DNA of 64,000 nucleotides from an uncultured delta proteobacterium (GCA_963743525.1 CAVUQH010000003.1:384001-448000); one strand, 5' to 3'. Positions 1-11,456 are shown, counted from the first letter of the stretch. Notes: a model not told the origin generated them from the letters alone. Numbers and translations are program-made.

Positions 1-809
<809 letters not shown>

Positions 810-811
810 GA

Positions 812-1306
812 CTACGCCTTGGCCCCGAGCTCGAAGCTGTCCGGATCCGACGCCAGGATGCGATCGACCGCCGCCTCTTCCAGGAGGTCGCGCATCGTCT
901 GCCCGCCGTACTTGCGGACGATCTTGTCGTCGTACTCGTCGGCGATGAGTGCCACGTCCGACACCGTCGCCACCAGCTCGGCAGAGTCGAGGGTGGGGCC
1001 GCCGAGGATCGAGTGGATGAACAGCACCAGCGGGCCGACCGGGTCGTAGGCGAAGGCGCCGAAGCGAAGGTGGGCGTTGAGCTGCATCAGCTCGATCGCC
1101 AGGTCGGGGTTCATCTCGAGCCCCTTCACCAGCTGGGCCACGCAGCGGACCATCGCCCGGTCTTCGTCGAGCGGAACGATGTTGATCATCACGTAGGCCG
1201 AGCCCTGCTTGACCACGTACAGGCGGTCGTCGACCTTGCGGAAGGCCGGGCTGTCGGACAGCGTCTTCTCGATCACCAGCGCGGTGGCCACTTCGGCGGG
1301 GTTCAT
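812..1306 (-). CDS. YbjN-like / T3SS chaperone-fold protein
   Basis: About 164 aa, pattern LMQLNAHLRFGAF...LDSAELV..V..VALIADEYDD..V..YGG typical of YbjN-domain proteins. Confidence 0.65.
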   Translation of the reverse strand: MNPAEVATALVIEKTLSDSPAFRKVDDRLYVVKQGSAYVMINIVPLDEDRAMVRCVAQLVKGLEMNPDLAIELMQLNAHLRFGAFAYDPVGPLVLFIHSILGGPTLDSAELVATVSDVALIADEYDDKIVRKYGGQTMRDLLEEAAVDRILASDPDSFELGAKA

Positions 1307-1377
1307 GGCCGCTGAATAGCACAGATTCGGGGCCGGCTGTTGCCGCGGATCGGCCTCGTCGGCCATCCTAGGACGCA

Positions 1378-2592
1378 GTGCGTCGCGTCCTCGTCATAGC
1401 GCTGCTGGCCTCGGCGTGCGATTCGGCCGGCGGCCTCGACTACAGCGGGACGCCGGGCCAGGAGGTCCCCGTGACCATCGCCAACTCGGTGCCGGTGATC
1501 GACGCCAGCGCCGATGGCGCTCCCGGTCGCTTCCTGGTCGACTCCGGATCCCCGGCCTCCATCCTCGACCTGACCGGCGGCCAGCCGGGCACCCGGCGGG
1601 TGGTGCTGGACGCCTTCGCCCTGAGCTTTGCCGACGTGCCGGTCGCTGTCTTCGACCTGTTCGCCGGCGCCGAGGAGGCGGTCAACGGTCTGGTCGGCGG
1701 CGACGTCATCTCCGGCTTCGACCTGACCATCGACTACCGCAACCAGCGCGGCTGGCTGGCCGACGACGACGCGCTGCCGGCCGGCGTCGATCCCGCGACC
1801 ATCGACGACCCGGTGTGGACCGGGGCCCAGCTGCGCGGCGGCGGGCGCCTCGACGTCCCCGGCTGCACCACCGGTGACTGCTCGGTGCACGTCGGCGCCA
1901 CGCGGCTGTTGGTCGAGGTGTCGCTCGAGTCGGCGCCGCCGGCGTGGTTCCTGGTCGACACCGGCGCCACCGCGGTGGTGCTGGCGCCCGATGTCGCCGA
2001 CGCCCTGGGCGATCCGGCGCGCCCGCGCCTCGACGGCGTCACCGTGACCACCGCCGACGGCCCTGCGACTGCGTACTACACGCGGGTCGCAGAGATGTCG
2101 CTGGCCGATGGCGCCGCCGTCGCCACCGACGTGCCGGTGCTGGTGCTGCCGGCGTCGCTGCTGGCGCCGCTCGAGGACGAGGTCGGCCATCCCATCGCCG
2201 GCCTGCTCGGCGGATCGTTCCTGCGCCAGTTCCTGATCACCCTCGACGACCCCGGGCACCGCCTGCGCCTTGCCCGTTTCCGCGACCAGGATCACATCGA
2301 TGCGGACGAGTTCGTCGGGGTCGGGTTCACCATGGCCAGCCAGGGCGGGGTGTGGGAAGTTCGAGATGTGTACTCGGGGACTGACGCGGCGGCCGAAGGA
2401 CTGGTCCGCGGCGAGCCCGTGGTCTCGCTCGACGGCGTCACCATCGGCGGAGCCGACCGCGCCACCGTCAACGGCATCCTCGCCGGCTTCGCGCTCGGCG
2501 ACGACGTGCCGGTCGGCGTGGTCCGCGCCGGCACCGACGTGACCGTGCAAGTCGCGGTGGAAGATCTCCTGCCCCACTACATCAATCCATGA
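1378..2592 (+). CDS. Lipoprotein with two retropepsin-like aspartyl protease domains and C-terminal PDZ
   Basis: Lipobox LASAC; FLVDSGS and FLVDTGA motifs, each followed by a GLxGG motif; PDZ-like GVGFTM...AAAEGL..G..V.SLDG. Confidence 0.8.
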   Translation: MRRVLVIALLASACDSAGGLDYSGTPGQEVPVTIANSVPVIDASADGAPGRFLVDSGSPASILDLTGGQPGTRRVVLDAFALSFADVPVAVFDLFAGAEEAVNGLVGGDVISGFDLTIDYRNQRGWLADDDALPAGVDPATIDDPVWTGAQLRGGGRLDVPGCTTGDCSVHVGATRLLVEVSLESAPPAWFLVDTGATAVVLAPDVADALGDPARPRLDGVTVTTADGPATAYYTRVAEMSLADGAAVATDVPVLVLPASLLAPLEDEVGHPIAGLLGGSFLRQFLITLDDPGHRLRLARFRDQDHIDADEFVGVGFTMASQGGVWEVRDVYSGTDAAAEGLVRGEPVVSLDGVTIGGADRATVNGILAGFALGDDVPVGVVRAGTDVTVQVAVEDLLPHYINP

Positions 2593-3974
2593 AACGCGCA
2601 CAGCTCTGCATAACCTTCGCAGTCGCCCTGGCCGCGTGGCTAGCTCCGTCGGTCGCGCGCGCCGAGCGGATCAAAGAGATCGACGTCGTCGACAACACCA
2701 AGACCACCGACGACACGGTGATCCTCATCGCCGGCATCGAGGTCGGCGACGCCTGGAACGTCGAGATGGTGCCGCAGGTCGAGGCCGACCTGGTCAACAG
2801 CGGCCTGTTCAAGGAGGTCAACGTCTTCACCCAGCCGGTCGAGGGCGGGGTACGCGTGACCATCCGCGCCGTCGACAAGCACTCGTGGATCATCGCGCCG
2901 ACCGTCTACAACCAGCCGACCAACAAGGGCGGCGGCATCGGTTTCGGCGAGAACAACCTGTTCGGCGAGGACAAGAAGCTGCTGCTGTACGGGCAGATCG
3001 CCACCGGTGACAGTTTCTTCATCGGCGCGTACGTCGATCCGTCGATCGCCGGCACCCGCTGGCACTGGCAGTTCGACACCTTCCTCCGCCACGAGCGGGT
3101 GTTCGAGTACGAGCCGCCGGAGAAGTTCATCTTCGACCCCAAGAAGGTCCGCCGCTCGGTGGAGACCTACCTCAACAACGGCACGTCGATCGGCCTGCGG
3201 CTGTGGCGCGGCGCCAGCCTGGATTTGCGCTTGCGCGGCGCCTACGTCTACTTCGACAAGACCAGGCTGGTCAACGGCGCCTGCCTCGAGGACGTGCTCG
3301 GCGATCCGACGAACAGCGGCGCCTGCACGCCGCCGGGCGACACGCCGATCCCCGAGCCGGGGGGCGAGGGCTGGGATATCTCCAGCGAGGTCAAGCTGAC
3401 CTTCGACAACACCGCCAACTGGTACGGCATCTTCTCGGGCAACAAATACGTGCTCGCGTTCGAGCGCTCGCTGCCCGATATCGGATCGGAGTTCGACTAC
3501 TGGCTGGCGTCGGCCAAGTACGTGCGCGCGCGCAAATACTTCTCGCGGCACAACCTGATCATGAAGGCCGAGTCCGACTACGGTCAGGGGTTGCCGTTCC
3601 AGCAGGAGTTCACCTCGGGCGGACCGGATCAGCGCGGCCTCAAGAACCGCCAGCTGCGCGGCAACCTGCGCCTGACCGGTACGCTCGAATACTCGATTCC
3701 CGTCTTCACCATCAAAGGCTTCGCCTTCCGCGGCCTCGCCTTCTACGACACCAGCTACACCACCTTCTTCCACGCCGATCCGGCGCGCGCCCAGCGCAAC
3801 TATCTGTCGGGCTATGCCAACCACGGATTGTCGCCGTGGAAGAACACCGTCGGTGGTGGCGTCAGGCTCTATGTCCGGCAGATCGTGCTGCCACTCCTGG
3901 GCCTCGACTTCGGGTATGGTCTCGAGCGTGGACAGCTCGAGATCTACTTCGCGATCGGCCTCACTGCTTTCTAG
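2589..3974 (+). CDS. Omp85/BamA-TamA family outer membrane protein (POTRA plus barrel)
   Basis: Signal peptide, POTRA-like N-terminus (NTKT...L.NSGLF..V), ENNLFG, QRGL loop, LGLDFGYG and terminal F. Confidence 0.8.
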   Translation: MKRAQLCITFAVALAAWLAPSVARAERIKEIDVVDNTKTTDDTVILIAGIEVGDAWNVEMVPQVEADLVNSGLFKEVNVFTQPVEGGVRVTIRAVDKHSWIIAPTVYNQPTNKGGGIGFGENNLFGEDKKLLLYGQIATGDSFFIGAYVDPSIAGTRWHWQFDTFLRHERVFEYEPPEKFIFDPKKVRRSVETYLNNGTSIGLRLWRGASLDLRLRGAYVYFDKTRLVNGACLEDVLGDPTNSGACTPPGDTPIPEPGGEGWDISSEVKLTFDNTANWYGIFSGNKYVLAFERSLPDIGSEFDYWLASAKYVRARKYFSRHNLIMKAESDYGQGLPFQQEFTSGGPDQRGLKNRQLRGNLRLTGTLEYSIPVFTIKGFAFRGLAFYDTSYTTFFHADPARAQRNYLSGYANHGLSPWKNTVGGGVRLYVRQIVLPLLGLDFGYGLERGQLEIYFAIGLTAF

Positions 3975-3984
3975 TGCGGTCCTG

Positions 3985-5631
3985 ATGCTGGCGGCCAGCT
4001 GCGGTTCGTCGCAGCCGTCACCGGCGACGCCCGCGGCCCCGCGCGCCGAGCTGGTGCTGGTCGGCGGCCACGTGATCACGGGCGATCCGGATCATCCCGA
4101 CGCCACCGCGATCGCGGTCCGCGGCGACCGCATCGTCTACGTCGGTGACGACGCCGGCGCCCGGGCGATGGCCGGCAGCACCACCCGCGTGGTCAACCTC
4201 CACGGTCGCGGCGTCACCGCCGGCCTGGTCGACACCCACGCTCACCTGTACGGGTTGGGCGCGGCGCGCGAGATGCTCGACCTCAACGACCAGGACAGCC
4301 CCGATCTGGCGGTGGCGATGGTCGCCAAGGCGGTCGCCGGTCGCGCCGCCGGCGAGTGGATCACCGGCCGCGGCTGGGATCAGAACCGCTGGGCCGACAA
4401 GCATTTCCCGCACCACCAGCTGCTCGACGCGGTGGCGCCCGAGCTCCCGGTGTCGCTGCGCCGGGTCGACGGCCACGCGCTGTGGGCCAACGCCGCGGCG
4501 ATGCGCGAGGCCGGCGTGACCGCGGAGACCGCCGATCCGCCGGGCGGTCGCATCGTCCGCGACGCCGACGGTCAGCCGACCGGGGTCTTCGTCGACAACG
4601 CCATGGAGCTGATCGAAGACCACATCCCGGCGCCGGCGCCCGACGTCATCGAGCGGCGCATCCGCGCCGCCGCCGCCGAAGCCATCGCCAACGGCCTGAC
4701 CGGGGTCGACGAGATGGGCATCGGTGAGGAGACCATCGCCGCCTACCGCCGGCTGGCCGCGGCCGGCCAGCTGCCGCTGCGGGTCTACGCCTTCGTCGCC
4801 GGCGGGCCCGAGACCGCGGCGACCATCGCCCGGCACGCGCCGCCCGAGCTGCACCCGGCGGCGGACGCGATGTTCGTCCTGCGCGGGGTCAAGCTGTACG
4901 CCGACGGCGCCCTCGGCTCGCGCGGCGCGGCGCTGCTGGCGCCGTACAGCGACGCCCCCGAGCTGACCGGCAACTGGGTGCTCAGCCCCGAGCAGCTGCG
5001 CGCCGCCACCGCCGCGTCGGTGAAGGCCGGCTGGCAGGTGGCCACTCACGCCATCGGCGACGCCGCCAACCGCGCGGTGCTCGATGCCTACGAGGCGTCG
5101 GGCGCCGGGGCCGAGGCCCGCCTGCGGGTCGAGCACGCCCAGGTGCTGGCGCCGGCGGACATCCCCAGGTTCGCCCAGCTCGGCGTCATCGCCTCGATGC
5201 AGCCGACCCACGCCACCAGCGACATGCCGTGGGCCGAGGCCCGGCTGGGGCCGGAGCGGATCCGCGGCGCCTACGCCTGGCGGTCGATCCTCGCCACCGG
5301 CGCCCACCTGGCCGCCGGCTCCGACTTCCCGGTGGAGAAGGTGTCACCGATTCTGGGCCTCTACGCGGCCACCACCCGCCAGGATGCCCAGGGCAAGCCG
5401 CCGGGGGGCTGGTATCCGGACCAGCGTCTGACCCTGGCCGAGGCCGTAGCCGCGTTCACCAGCGAGGCCGCATACGCCTCGTTTGGCGAAGATCGGCGGG
5501 GAATCGTTCGCACCGGCTTCCAGGCCGACCTGACGGTGTACGATCGGGAGCTGTCCAGCGGGGCGCCGCTTCTGGACACCCGGGTAGACATGACCATCGT
5601 CGGCGGTCGAGTAGTATACGAGCGCAAGTGA
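3985..5631 (+). CDS. Amidohydrolase 3 family (YtcJ-like) lipoprotein; start uncertain
   Basis: GLVDTHAH, GRGWDQ, RVDGH, KLYADGALGSRGA, HAIGD, RVEHAQ, SMQPTH and GSDFP motifs. Confidence 0.9.
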   Translation: MLAASCGSSQPSPATPAAPRAELVLVGGHVITGDPDHPDATAIAVRGDRIVYVGDDAGARAMAGSTTRVVNLHGRGVTAGLVDTHAHLYGLGAAREMLDLNDQDSPDLAVAMVAKAVAGRAAGEWITGRGWDQNRWADKHFPHHQLLDAVAPELPVSLRRVDGHALWANAAAMREAGVTAETADPPGGRIVRDADGQPTGVFVDNAMELIEDHIPAPAPDVIERRIRAAAAEAIANGLTGVDEMGIGEETIAAYRRLAAAGQLPLRVYAFVAGGPETAATIARHAPPELHPAADAMFVLRGVKLYADGALGSRGAALLAPYSDAPELTGNWVLSPEQLRAATAASVKAGWQVATHAIGDAANRAVLDAYEASGAGAEARLRVEHAQVLAPADIPRFAQLGVIASMQPTHATSDMPWAEARLGPERIRGAYAWRSILATGAHLAAGSDFPVEKVSPILGLYAATTRQDAQGKPPGGWYPDQRLTLAEAVAAFTSEAAYASFGEDRRGIVRTGFQADLTVYDRELSSGAPLLDTRVDMTIVGGRVVYERK

Positions 5632-5633
5632 GC

Positions 5634-7556
5634 ATGCGCTTTTGTCCGTTTTGCAGCGCGGAGAACGCCGCGGTCGCGACCCATTGCGGGACGTGCGCCC
5701 GGCGGCTGCCGCCGCTGCCGCCCAGGCGGCGGACCAGCTCGGGCGACGACTCGGGCGACGGGCGCGCGCGCACCGGCGCCGCTGACGACGGCGGCGACGA
5801 TCTGGCGCGAGTCGCGCCCGGCCCGGCGTCGCGGCGGCGGACCCGCGAGCCCGAGGTTCGCGCCGACGGCGAGCCGTCGCGGCGGAAGACCGACCTGCCG
5901 GAGCCGTCGCGCGGACTGCGCGGGCCGCTCGAGGACGACGTCGGCCGGGCGCCGCCGTCGCCATCGCGTCACGAGCGCGACCGCGCCGCGACCGCGCGGG
6001 CGTCGCGCGACCTGTCGGTGAGCGGGGCGGATCGGGCGGCGTCGCCGGCGGCACCGCCGATTCCCAAGCCGCCGGCGCGGGCGGTCACGCCGTCGGCACC
6101 GCGGGCGCTGACGCCGTCGGTGCGGGCGCCGTCGCCAGCCGCGCGCCCGGCGCGGACGCCGGCCGGAACCGTCGCCGACGAGGCCCAGACGGTGGTCACC
6201 CAGGCGGCGCCCGAGCCGGAGCGGCTGCGGACGCCGGAGCCGGTGGCAGCGCCGCCGCGCAGCGCCGCCGCGGCGCCTGTCGCTGACGCCGACGAGCCGG
6301 GCGAAGATCATCACGAGTGGCCCGATCACCGGCCCCGTGAGATCGATCCGGACGACTGGTCCGAGGAGGCGCAGCACGCGCTGGCCGACGTGCCGCGGGC
6401 GGCAACACCGCCGCCGCCGACCCCGCCGCCGCGGGCCGATTCCAGCCGCTACACCCCGGCGCGCCAGGAGTCGCCGCCGCCGACGCGGGTCGGTCGCCTG
6501 CCCGGTGACGCGTTCAAGCCGCCGTCGGTCAATCCGATTCCCGAGGTGCCCGAGAGCGGGCTGCTCAACGCCGCCGCCTACGCGCTGTCGTTCGCCAAGG
6601 CGCGCTGGCAGCGCCGCGCCATCATCCGCTCGCTGAGCACCGAGATCCAGGATGAGACCACCGAGCTCGACACCGTCCTCGGCCTCCTGGGCAAAGAGGC
6701 ACGGGCGCTGCACATCGACAACCGGGTGCTGGCCGCCGAGAACAAGGCCATCGACGAGGCCGAGGAACGCCGGGTTCGCTTCGACCACGAGTGTGCCGAG
6801 CTCAACACCAAGGCGGCCGAGGAGAACAGCCGCTTCGGCGACCTCGAGAGCGAGCGCCAGGCCAAGGTCGACGAGGCAGAGAACGAGCTGGACAAGGCGC
6901 AGCGCGAGCTCGGCGGTCTGGAGGCGCAGCGCCGCAGCCTGCGCGAAAACCGCAAGGCGGTCGAGCGGCGCCAGCGCGGGCTGCTCAAGGCCGCCGACGA
7001 GCGCGACGAGCAGGCCGCCAAGGCCTCGATGGGCGACACCCGCGGCGGTCTGCGGCGGGCTGCCGAGGAGTTGCGCCGGGACGCCGCTGCGCTGGATCCC
7101 GAGCGCCAGGACCTGGATCGGCGGTTGAGCGCGCTGGAGAAGCCGATTTCCAAGTCGGCGGCAGCGGTCGAGTCGCTCAAGGCCGAGCACGACTCCGCCC
7201 GGCGCAGTCTCAACGACGCCCGCGAAGGCCACCGCCACCGGCTGGCCGAGCTGGAGGCCGAGCAGGGGCGCAAGAGTCGCGAGCTGTCCCAGGCCGAAGC
7301 CGAGATCCAGCGCCGCCTGGTGACCCTGGGCACGCTGGTCAACCTACATCGGATCGAGAGCCCAGAGTTCGATGACATGTATGCGCGCATCGACGGCCTG
7401 CGCGCCGCCATTGGCGCCCGCTCCACCGAAATCGATCGCCTGACCGCCGAGCGCGAGGCCTACGACAAGGCCTCGTTGGTCCGCGGGTTCCTGGTCATCG
7501 GTGGCGGGGTGGTCGTGCTGATCACCCTGATCGTCATCTTGCTGTCGGTGTGGTGA
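5634..7556 (+). CDS. Zinc-ribbon, Pro-rich linker, coiled-coil protein with C-terminal membrane anchor
   Basis: N-terminal CPFC...CGTC, long P/A-rich region, heptad-rich region, C-terminal hydrophobic helix. Confidence 0.75.
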   Translation: MRFCPFCSAENAAVATHCGTCARRLPPLPPRRRTSSGDDSGDGRARTGAADDGGDDLARVAPGPASRRRTREPEVRADGEPSRRKTDLPEPSRGLRGPLEDDVGRAPPSPSRHERDRAATARASRDLSVSGADRAASPAAPPIPKPPARAVTPSAPRALTPSVRAPSPAARPARTPAGTVADEAQTVVTQAAPEPERLRTPEPVAAPPRSAAAAPVADADEPGEDHHEWPDHRPREIDPDDWSEEAQHALADVPRAATPPPPTPPPRADSSRYTPARQESPPPTRVGRLPGDAFKPPSVNPIPEVPESGLLNAAAYALSFAKARWQRRAIIRSLSTEIQDETTELDTVLGLLGKEARALHIDNRVLAAENKAIDEAEERRVRFDHECAELNTKAAEENSRFGDLESERQAKVDEAENELDKAQRELGGLEAQRRSLRENRKAVERRQRGLLKAADERDEQAAKASMGDTRGGLRRAAEELRRDAAALDPERQDLDRRLSALEKPISKSAAAVESLKAEHDSARRSLNDAREGHRHRLAELEAEQGRKSRELSQAEAEIQRRLVTLGTLVNLHRIESPEFDDMYARIDGLRAAIGARSTEIDRLTAEREAYDKASLVRGFLVIGGGVVVLITLIVILLSVW

Positions 7557-7595
7557 CCGCTGGTCCGCGTGGTTTTCTGATACTCTAGGGTCAGC

Positions 7596-8726
7596 TTGCC
7601 GAAAGTCCTGGTCTCGAATAACAGCGAGCTTCTGCGGCACCTGACCACCAGCCCGTTTCGCCGGCTGGATCTCGACCTGGTAGTGGCTGCGAGCGGCGAC
7701 GAAGCGCTCGCAATGGTTGACAAGGAGGCTCCCTCGCTGGCGATCCTCGACGCCGAGATGCCGTCGGTGTCCGGCTATGAGGTCGCGTCGCGCATCAAGG
7801 GGCAGGGCGGCTGCAAGGTCGTCCTGGTCATGGGCAAGCGGATCAACGCCGACCAGATGCGCCGGGTCGCCGAGTGCAAGTGCGACGAAGTGCTGATCGC
7901 GCCGATGACGCCGGACGAGCTGTACGACGTGGTCGCGATCCAGCTGGGCCTGCCCCGGCGCGGCTCCGAGCGGTTCACCATCGCCATGGCGCTGATCGGC
8001 GACGACGGCGTGCACAAGGTCGACGGTCGGGTGACCAACCTGTCGGTCAACGGCGCGCGCATGGTGTTGCCGGCCCAGGTCGGCGAAGACACGCTGATCC
8101 GCGTGACGGTGAAGCCGGAGGAGGCCGACGCCGAAGAGCTGGCCCTGACCGGCCGGGTGATCTGGGCCCAACCGCGCGGCGAAGAGACGATCGTCGGCTG
8201 CTCGTTCGAGAACATCGACGACCTGGCGCGGGCGCGGCTGGCGCGCCTGGTGCAATGGGAGATCGTCGAGGACACCGAGCGGCTGCGCGTGGTCATCAAG
8301 GGCGACATCACCGAGGCGACCAACTTCCGCGACCTGTTGCCGGTGATGGTCGGCCGGGTCGACTTCGATCTGTCGCAGGTGACGTACATGAACTCGCTGG
8401 GCGTGCGGGCGTGGGTCGAGTTCTTGCGCGCGGCACCGATCCAGGGCTACGAGTTCCACGCCTGCTCGGTGCCGTTTTGCTTGCAGGCGGCGCTGTCGAA
8501 CTCGGTGGTCGGGCGCGGGACGGTGACGTCGTTCTTCGCGCCGTATATCTGCAGCAAGTGCGAGCACGAGGAAGAGCGGCTGTTGCAGTCGGCGGCGGTG
8601 CTGGCTGCGGATGGTGGAGCTCCGCCGGTGTTTACGTGCGTGAGCTGTGGTGGGGATTTGGAGCTGGACGATTTGCCGCAGCGGTACCTGGCGTTTCTGT
8701 ACCGCGACACGCCGGACGAGGAGTAG
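7596..8726 (+). CDS. Atypical receiver + PilZ + STAS-like + Zn-ribbon signalling protein
   Basis: LAILDAEMP..SGYEV receiver core; RxxxR (RRGSER) and NLSxxG PilZ motifs; FDLSQVTYMNSLGV STAS-like motif; CSKC...CVSC. Confidence 0.75.
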   Translation: MPKVLVSNNSELLRHLTTSPFRRLDLDLVVAASGDEALAMVDKEAPSLAILDAEMPSVSGYEVASRIKGQGGCKVVLVMGKRINADQMRRVAECKCDEVLIAPMTPDELYDVVAIQLGLPRRGSERFTIAMALIGDDGVHKVDGRVTNLSVNGARMVLPAQVGEDTLIRVTVKPEEADAEELALTGRVIWAQPRGEETIVGCSFENIDDLARARLARLVQWEIVEDTERLRVVIKGDITEATNFRDLLPVMVGRVDFDLSQVTYMNSLGVRAWVEFLRAAPIQGYEFHACSVPFCLQAALSNSVVGRGTVTSFFAPYICSKCEHEEERLLQSAAVLAADGGAPPVFTCVSCGGDLELDDLPQRYLAFLYRDTPDEE

Positions 8727-8740
8727 TGGGATTGGTCCCT

Positions 8741-8907
8741 GGGGATGGGGATGGGGATGGGGATGGGGATGGGGATGGTGACGGGGATGGTGATGGGGAT
8801 GGGGATGGGGATGGGGATGGGGATGGGGATGGGGATGGGGATGGTGATGGGGGGACGGGGATGGGGATGGGGATGGTGACGGTGACGGGGATGGTGACGG
8901 GGATGGG
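8741..8907 (+). repeat. Hexanucleotide tandem repeat (GGGGAT)n with GGTGAT/GGTGAC/GGGGAC variants, about 28 units
   Basis: Seen directly; intergenic, begins 15 nt after the stop codon at 8726. Confidence 0.97.
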
Positions 8908-8932
8908 CTTGTGCTCGTGAGTTTCGAATCGT

Positions 8933-9012
8933 CGCCCGGTGCTCGCCGGCGTCAAGGGTTCGCGCGCTTCGCGCGCCGCTTCGCGCCCTTGACACCGGCT
9001 GCGCGCCGGGCG
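8933..9012. other. Long imperfect inverted repeat (hairpin) containing TTGACA
   Basis: GCCGGCGTCAAGGG (8945-8958) pairs with CCCTTGACACCGGC (8986-8999); outer CGCCCGG (8933) pairs with CCGGGCG (9006-9012). Confidence 0.8.
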
Positions 9013-9050
9013 GTTGGAGATGCCTCACTTTCACAAGAGGAGGATCTCCC

Positions 9051-9368
9051 ATGTTGCGTATTCATCCGGTTTGTATCGAGTTGGTTCGTCGGGTCGGGGT
9101 GTTGGCTCGGCGGATCGAGAAGCATGATCGGGATCAGGCTCGGCAGTTGAGGCGCTCGTCAACGTCGATCGTGCTCAATTTGGTCGAGGGGGCGGCGGGG
9201 CGCGGGGGCAACAAGCGGCTGCGCTATCGGAATGCGCTGGGCTCTGCGGAGGAGAGCCGGGCGAATCTCGAGGTCGCGGTGGCGCTGGGCTACGTTGGGC
9301 CGCTGGACGCTGAGTTGCGGAATCGCTTCAACCACGTGATCGGCACGTTGGTGAAGCTGGCGCGGTAG
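9051..9368 (+). CDS. Four-helix-bundle protein (23S rRNA IVS-protein / Avd-like family)
   Basis: 105 aa, QLRRSSTSIVLNLVEG...R..Y..A.GSA.E....L..A..LGY signature; RBS GAGGAGG at 9037-9043. Confidence 0.85.
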   Translation: MLRIHPVCIELVRRVGVLARRIEKHDRDQARQLRRSSTSIVLNLVEGAAGRGGNKRLRYRNALGSAEESRANLEVAVALGYVGPLDAELRNRFNHVIGTLVKLAR

Positions 9369-9375
9369 GCGTGCG

Positions 9376-9403
9376 GAGCGGGGGTGCGCTGGCACCCTCG
9401 CTC

Positions 9404-9404
<1 letters not shown>
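9376..9404. terminator. GC-rich hairpin between convergent genes, possible terminator
   Basis: GGAGCGGGGGTGC-GCTG-GCACCCTCGCTCC stem-loop between stops at 9368 and 9404; no U-tract. Confidence 0.5.
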
Positions 9405-10213
<809 letters not shown>

Positions 10214-10229
10214 CGGGGCCGAGTCTATA

Positions 10230-11456
10230 TCAAATGCGCTGGCTGTAATCGACCACGCGCGGGCACTCCGGGTCGGGCAGCGCCTCGTCGCCCAGGAGGT
10301 GGTGCGACACCACCTTGCAGCCGCCCCGGCACAGGGAGAAATAGTCACAGCTGGCGCACGGTTCGGCGGCATCCTCGCGCCAGCGGCGAAAGGCGCCAAA
10401 CGCGCCCTCCTGGTCCCAGTAGGCGCCGATGCCGTCGACCGAAGGGCGCTCGGTGGGCGCCTCGGCGAAGCTGCAGGCAGTCAGCCGGCCGTCGGCCTTG
10501 GCGCCGACCAGGAAGTCGCCGCCGGTGCAGCCGTAGACCGCCAGCTTGGCCAGCAGCTCGCGGCTGGGGCGGTGATGGGCAATCATCGGCGTGTACGAGC
10601 AGTCCAGGCGGGCGCGCACCCTGTGCCGGCGGCAGGCCTCGAGCACGGTCGGCAGCAGCGCCCGGTGCTGGTCGTCGGCGCAGGTGAGGCGGGCAAAGGC
10701 GCGGGTGCCGCGGCCGGACGGCTTGAAGCGGAGCAGCTCGACCTCGTTGAGCCGGCGGGCCCGCGCGTGGGCGAACAGCGCGTCGATCTGATCGAAGTTC
10801 TTGCGCGTGACCACGACGTTGATGCCGATCTCGCGCTTGACCCGGCGCAGCTCCTGCAGCGCGTGGTCGGCGGCGGCGAAGCCGTCGAAGCCGCGGACCT
10901 CGGCGTAGGTCGGACCGAGGCCGTCGAGCGAGACGTTGATCTGGCCGAACAGATCGGCAATCGGCACCAGCCGGTCGAGGCCCTCGAGGCCGCTGGTGGT
11001 CAGGTTGGGCACCAGGCCGCGGCTGCGCGCGTGGCGGGCGACGTCGCCGAGCCACGGCAGCACCGCGCTCTCGCCGCCGCCCAGCGCCAGGTGGAAGACG
11101 CCGCGCTCGGCCAGCGCGTCGATGGCGCGCATCCACTCGGCGGCTCCCCACTCGCCCGGCAGGCCGCGCGGCGTCGCCGCGGTGTAGCAGCCGCGGCAGC
11201 CGGCGCCGCACTGGTTGGTCAGCTGCAGGTGCGCCTCTAGCGGCGCCGCCAGCACGCTGCGACCGACCTCGCCGTCGTCGGCCGGGTCGCGCCACAGCTC
11301 GCCGCCGTCGACGCCCAGGTCGCGGGCGTAGTCGCGGTCGACGAACACCAGCGCCCGCGGGCGCTCGAGCTGGACGATGGCGCCGAACGGCTCGGCGCGC
11401 ACCTGGCGCGGGCGCGGGCGCCTAGCTCTGGTCAGCAGGTTGCGAAGAATCGGCAT
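10230..11456 (-). CDS. Radical SAM/SPASM-domain protein (MftC/PqqE-like)
   Basis: LTNQCGAGCRGCY (CxxxCxxC), LGGGE, NVSLDG, RFKPSGRG; SPASM C(TGG)...G.LTAC...CASC...CRGGC...DPEC. Confidence 0.9.
   Translation of the reverse strand: MPILRNLLTRARRPRPRQVRAEPFGAIVQLERPRALVFVDRDYARDLGVDGGELWRDPADDGEVGRSVLAAPLEAHLQLTNQCGAGCRGCYTAATPRGLPGEWGAAEWMRAIDALAERGVFHLALGGGESAVLPWLGDVARHARSRGLVPNLTTSGLEGLDRLVPIADLFGQINVSLDGLGPTYAEVRGFDGFAAADHALQELRRVKREIGINVVVTRKNFDQIDALFAHARARRLNEVELLRFKPSGRGTRAFARLTCADDQHRALLPTVLEACRRHRVRARLDCSYTPMIAHHRPSRELLAKLAVYGCTGGDFLVGAKADGRLTACSFAEAPTERPSVDGIGAYWDQEGAFGAFRRWREDAAEPCASCDYFSLCRGGCKVVSHHLLGDEALPDPECPRVVDYSQRI

Noticed and set aside
8741..8907. CRISPR array or coding GD/PI repeat protein
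   Set aside because: Pure hexamer tandem with no spacers and no cas genes; the ORFs crossing it are off-frame extensions.
9051..9368. Diversity-generating retroelement
   Set aside because: No reverse transcriptase and no TR/VR pair in the window. The 69-bp repeat is a tandem copy with a single difference.
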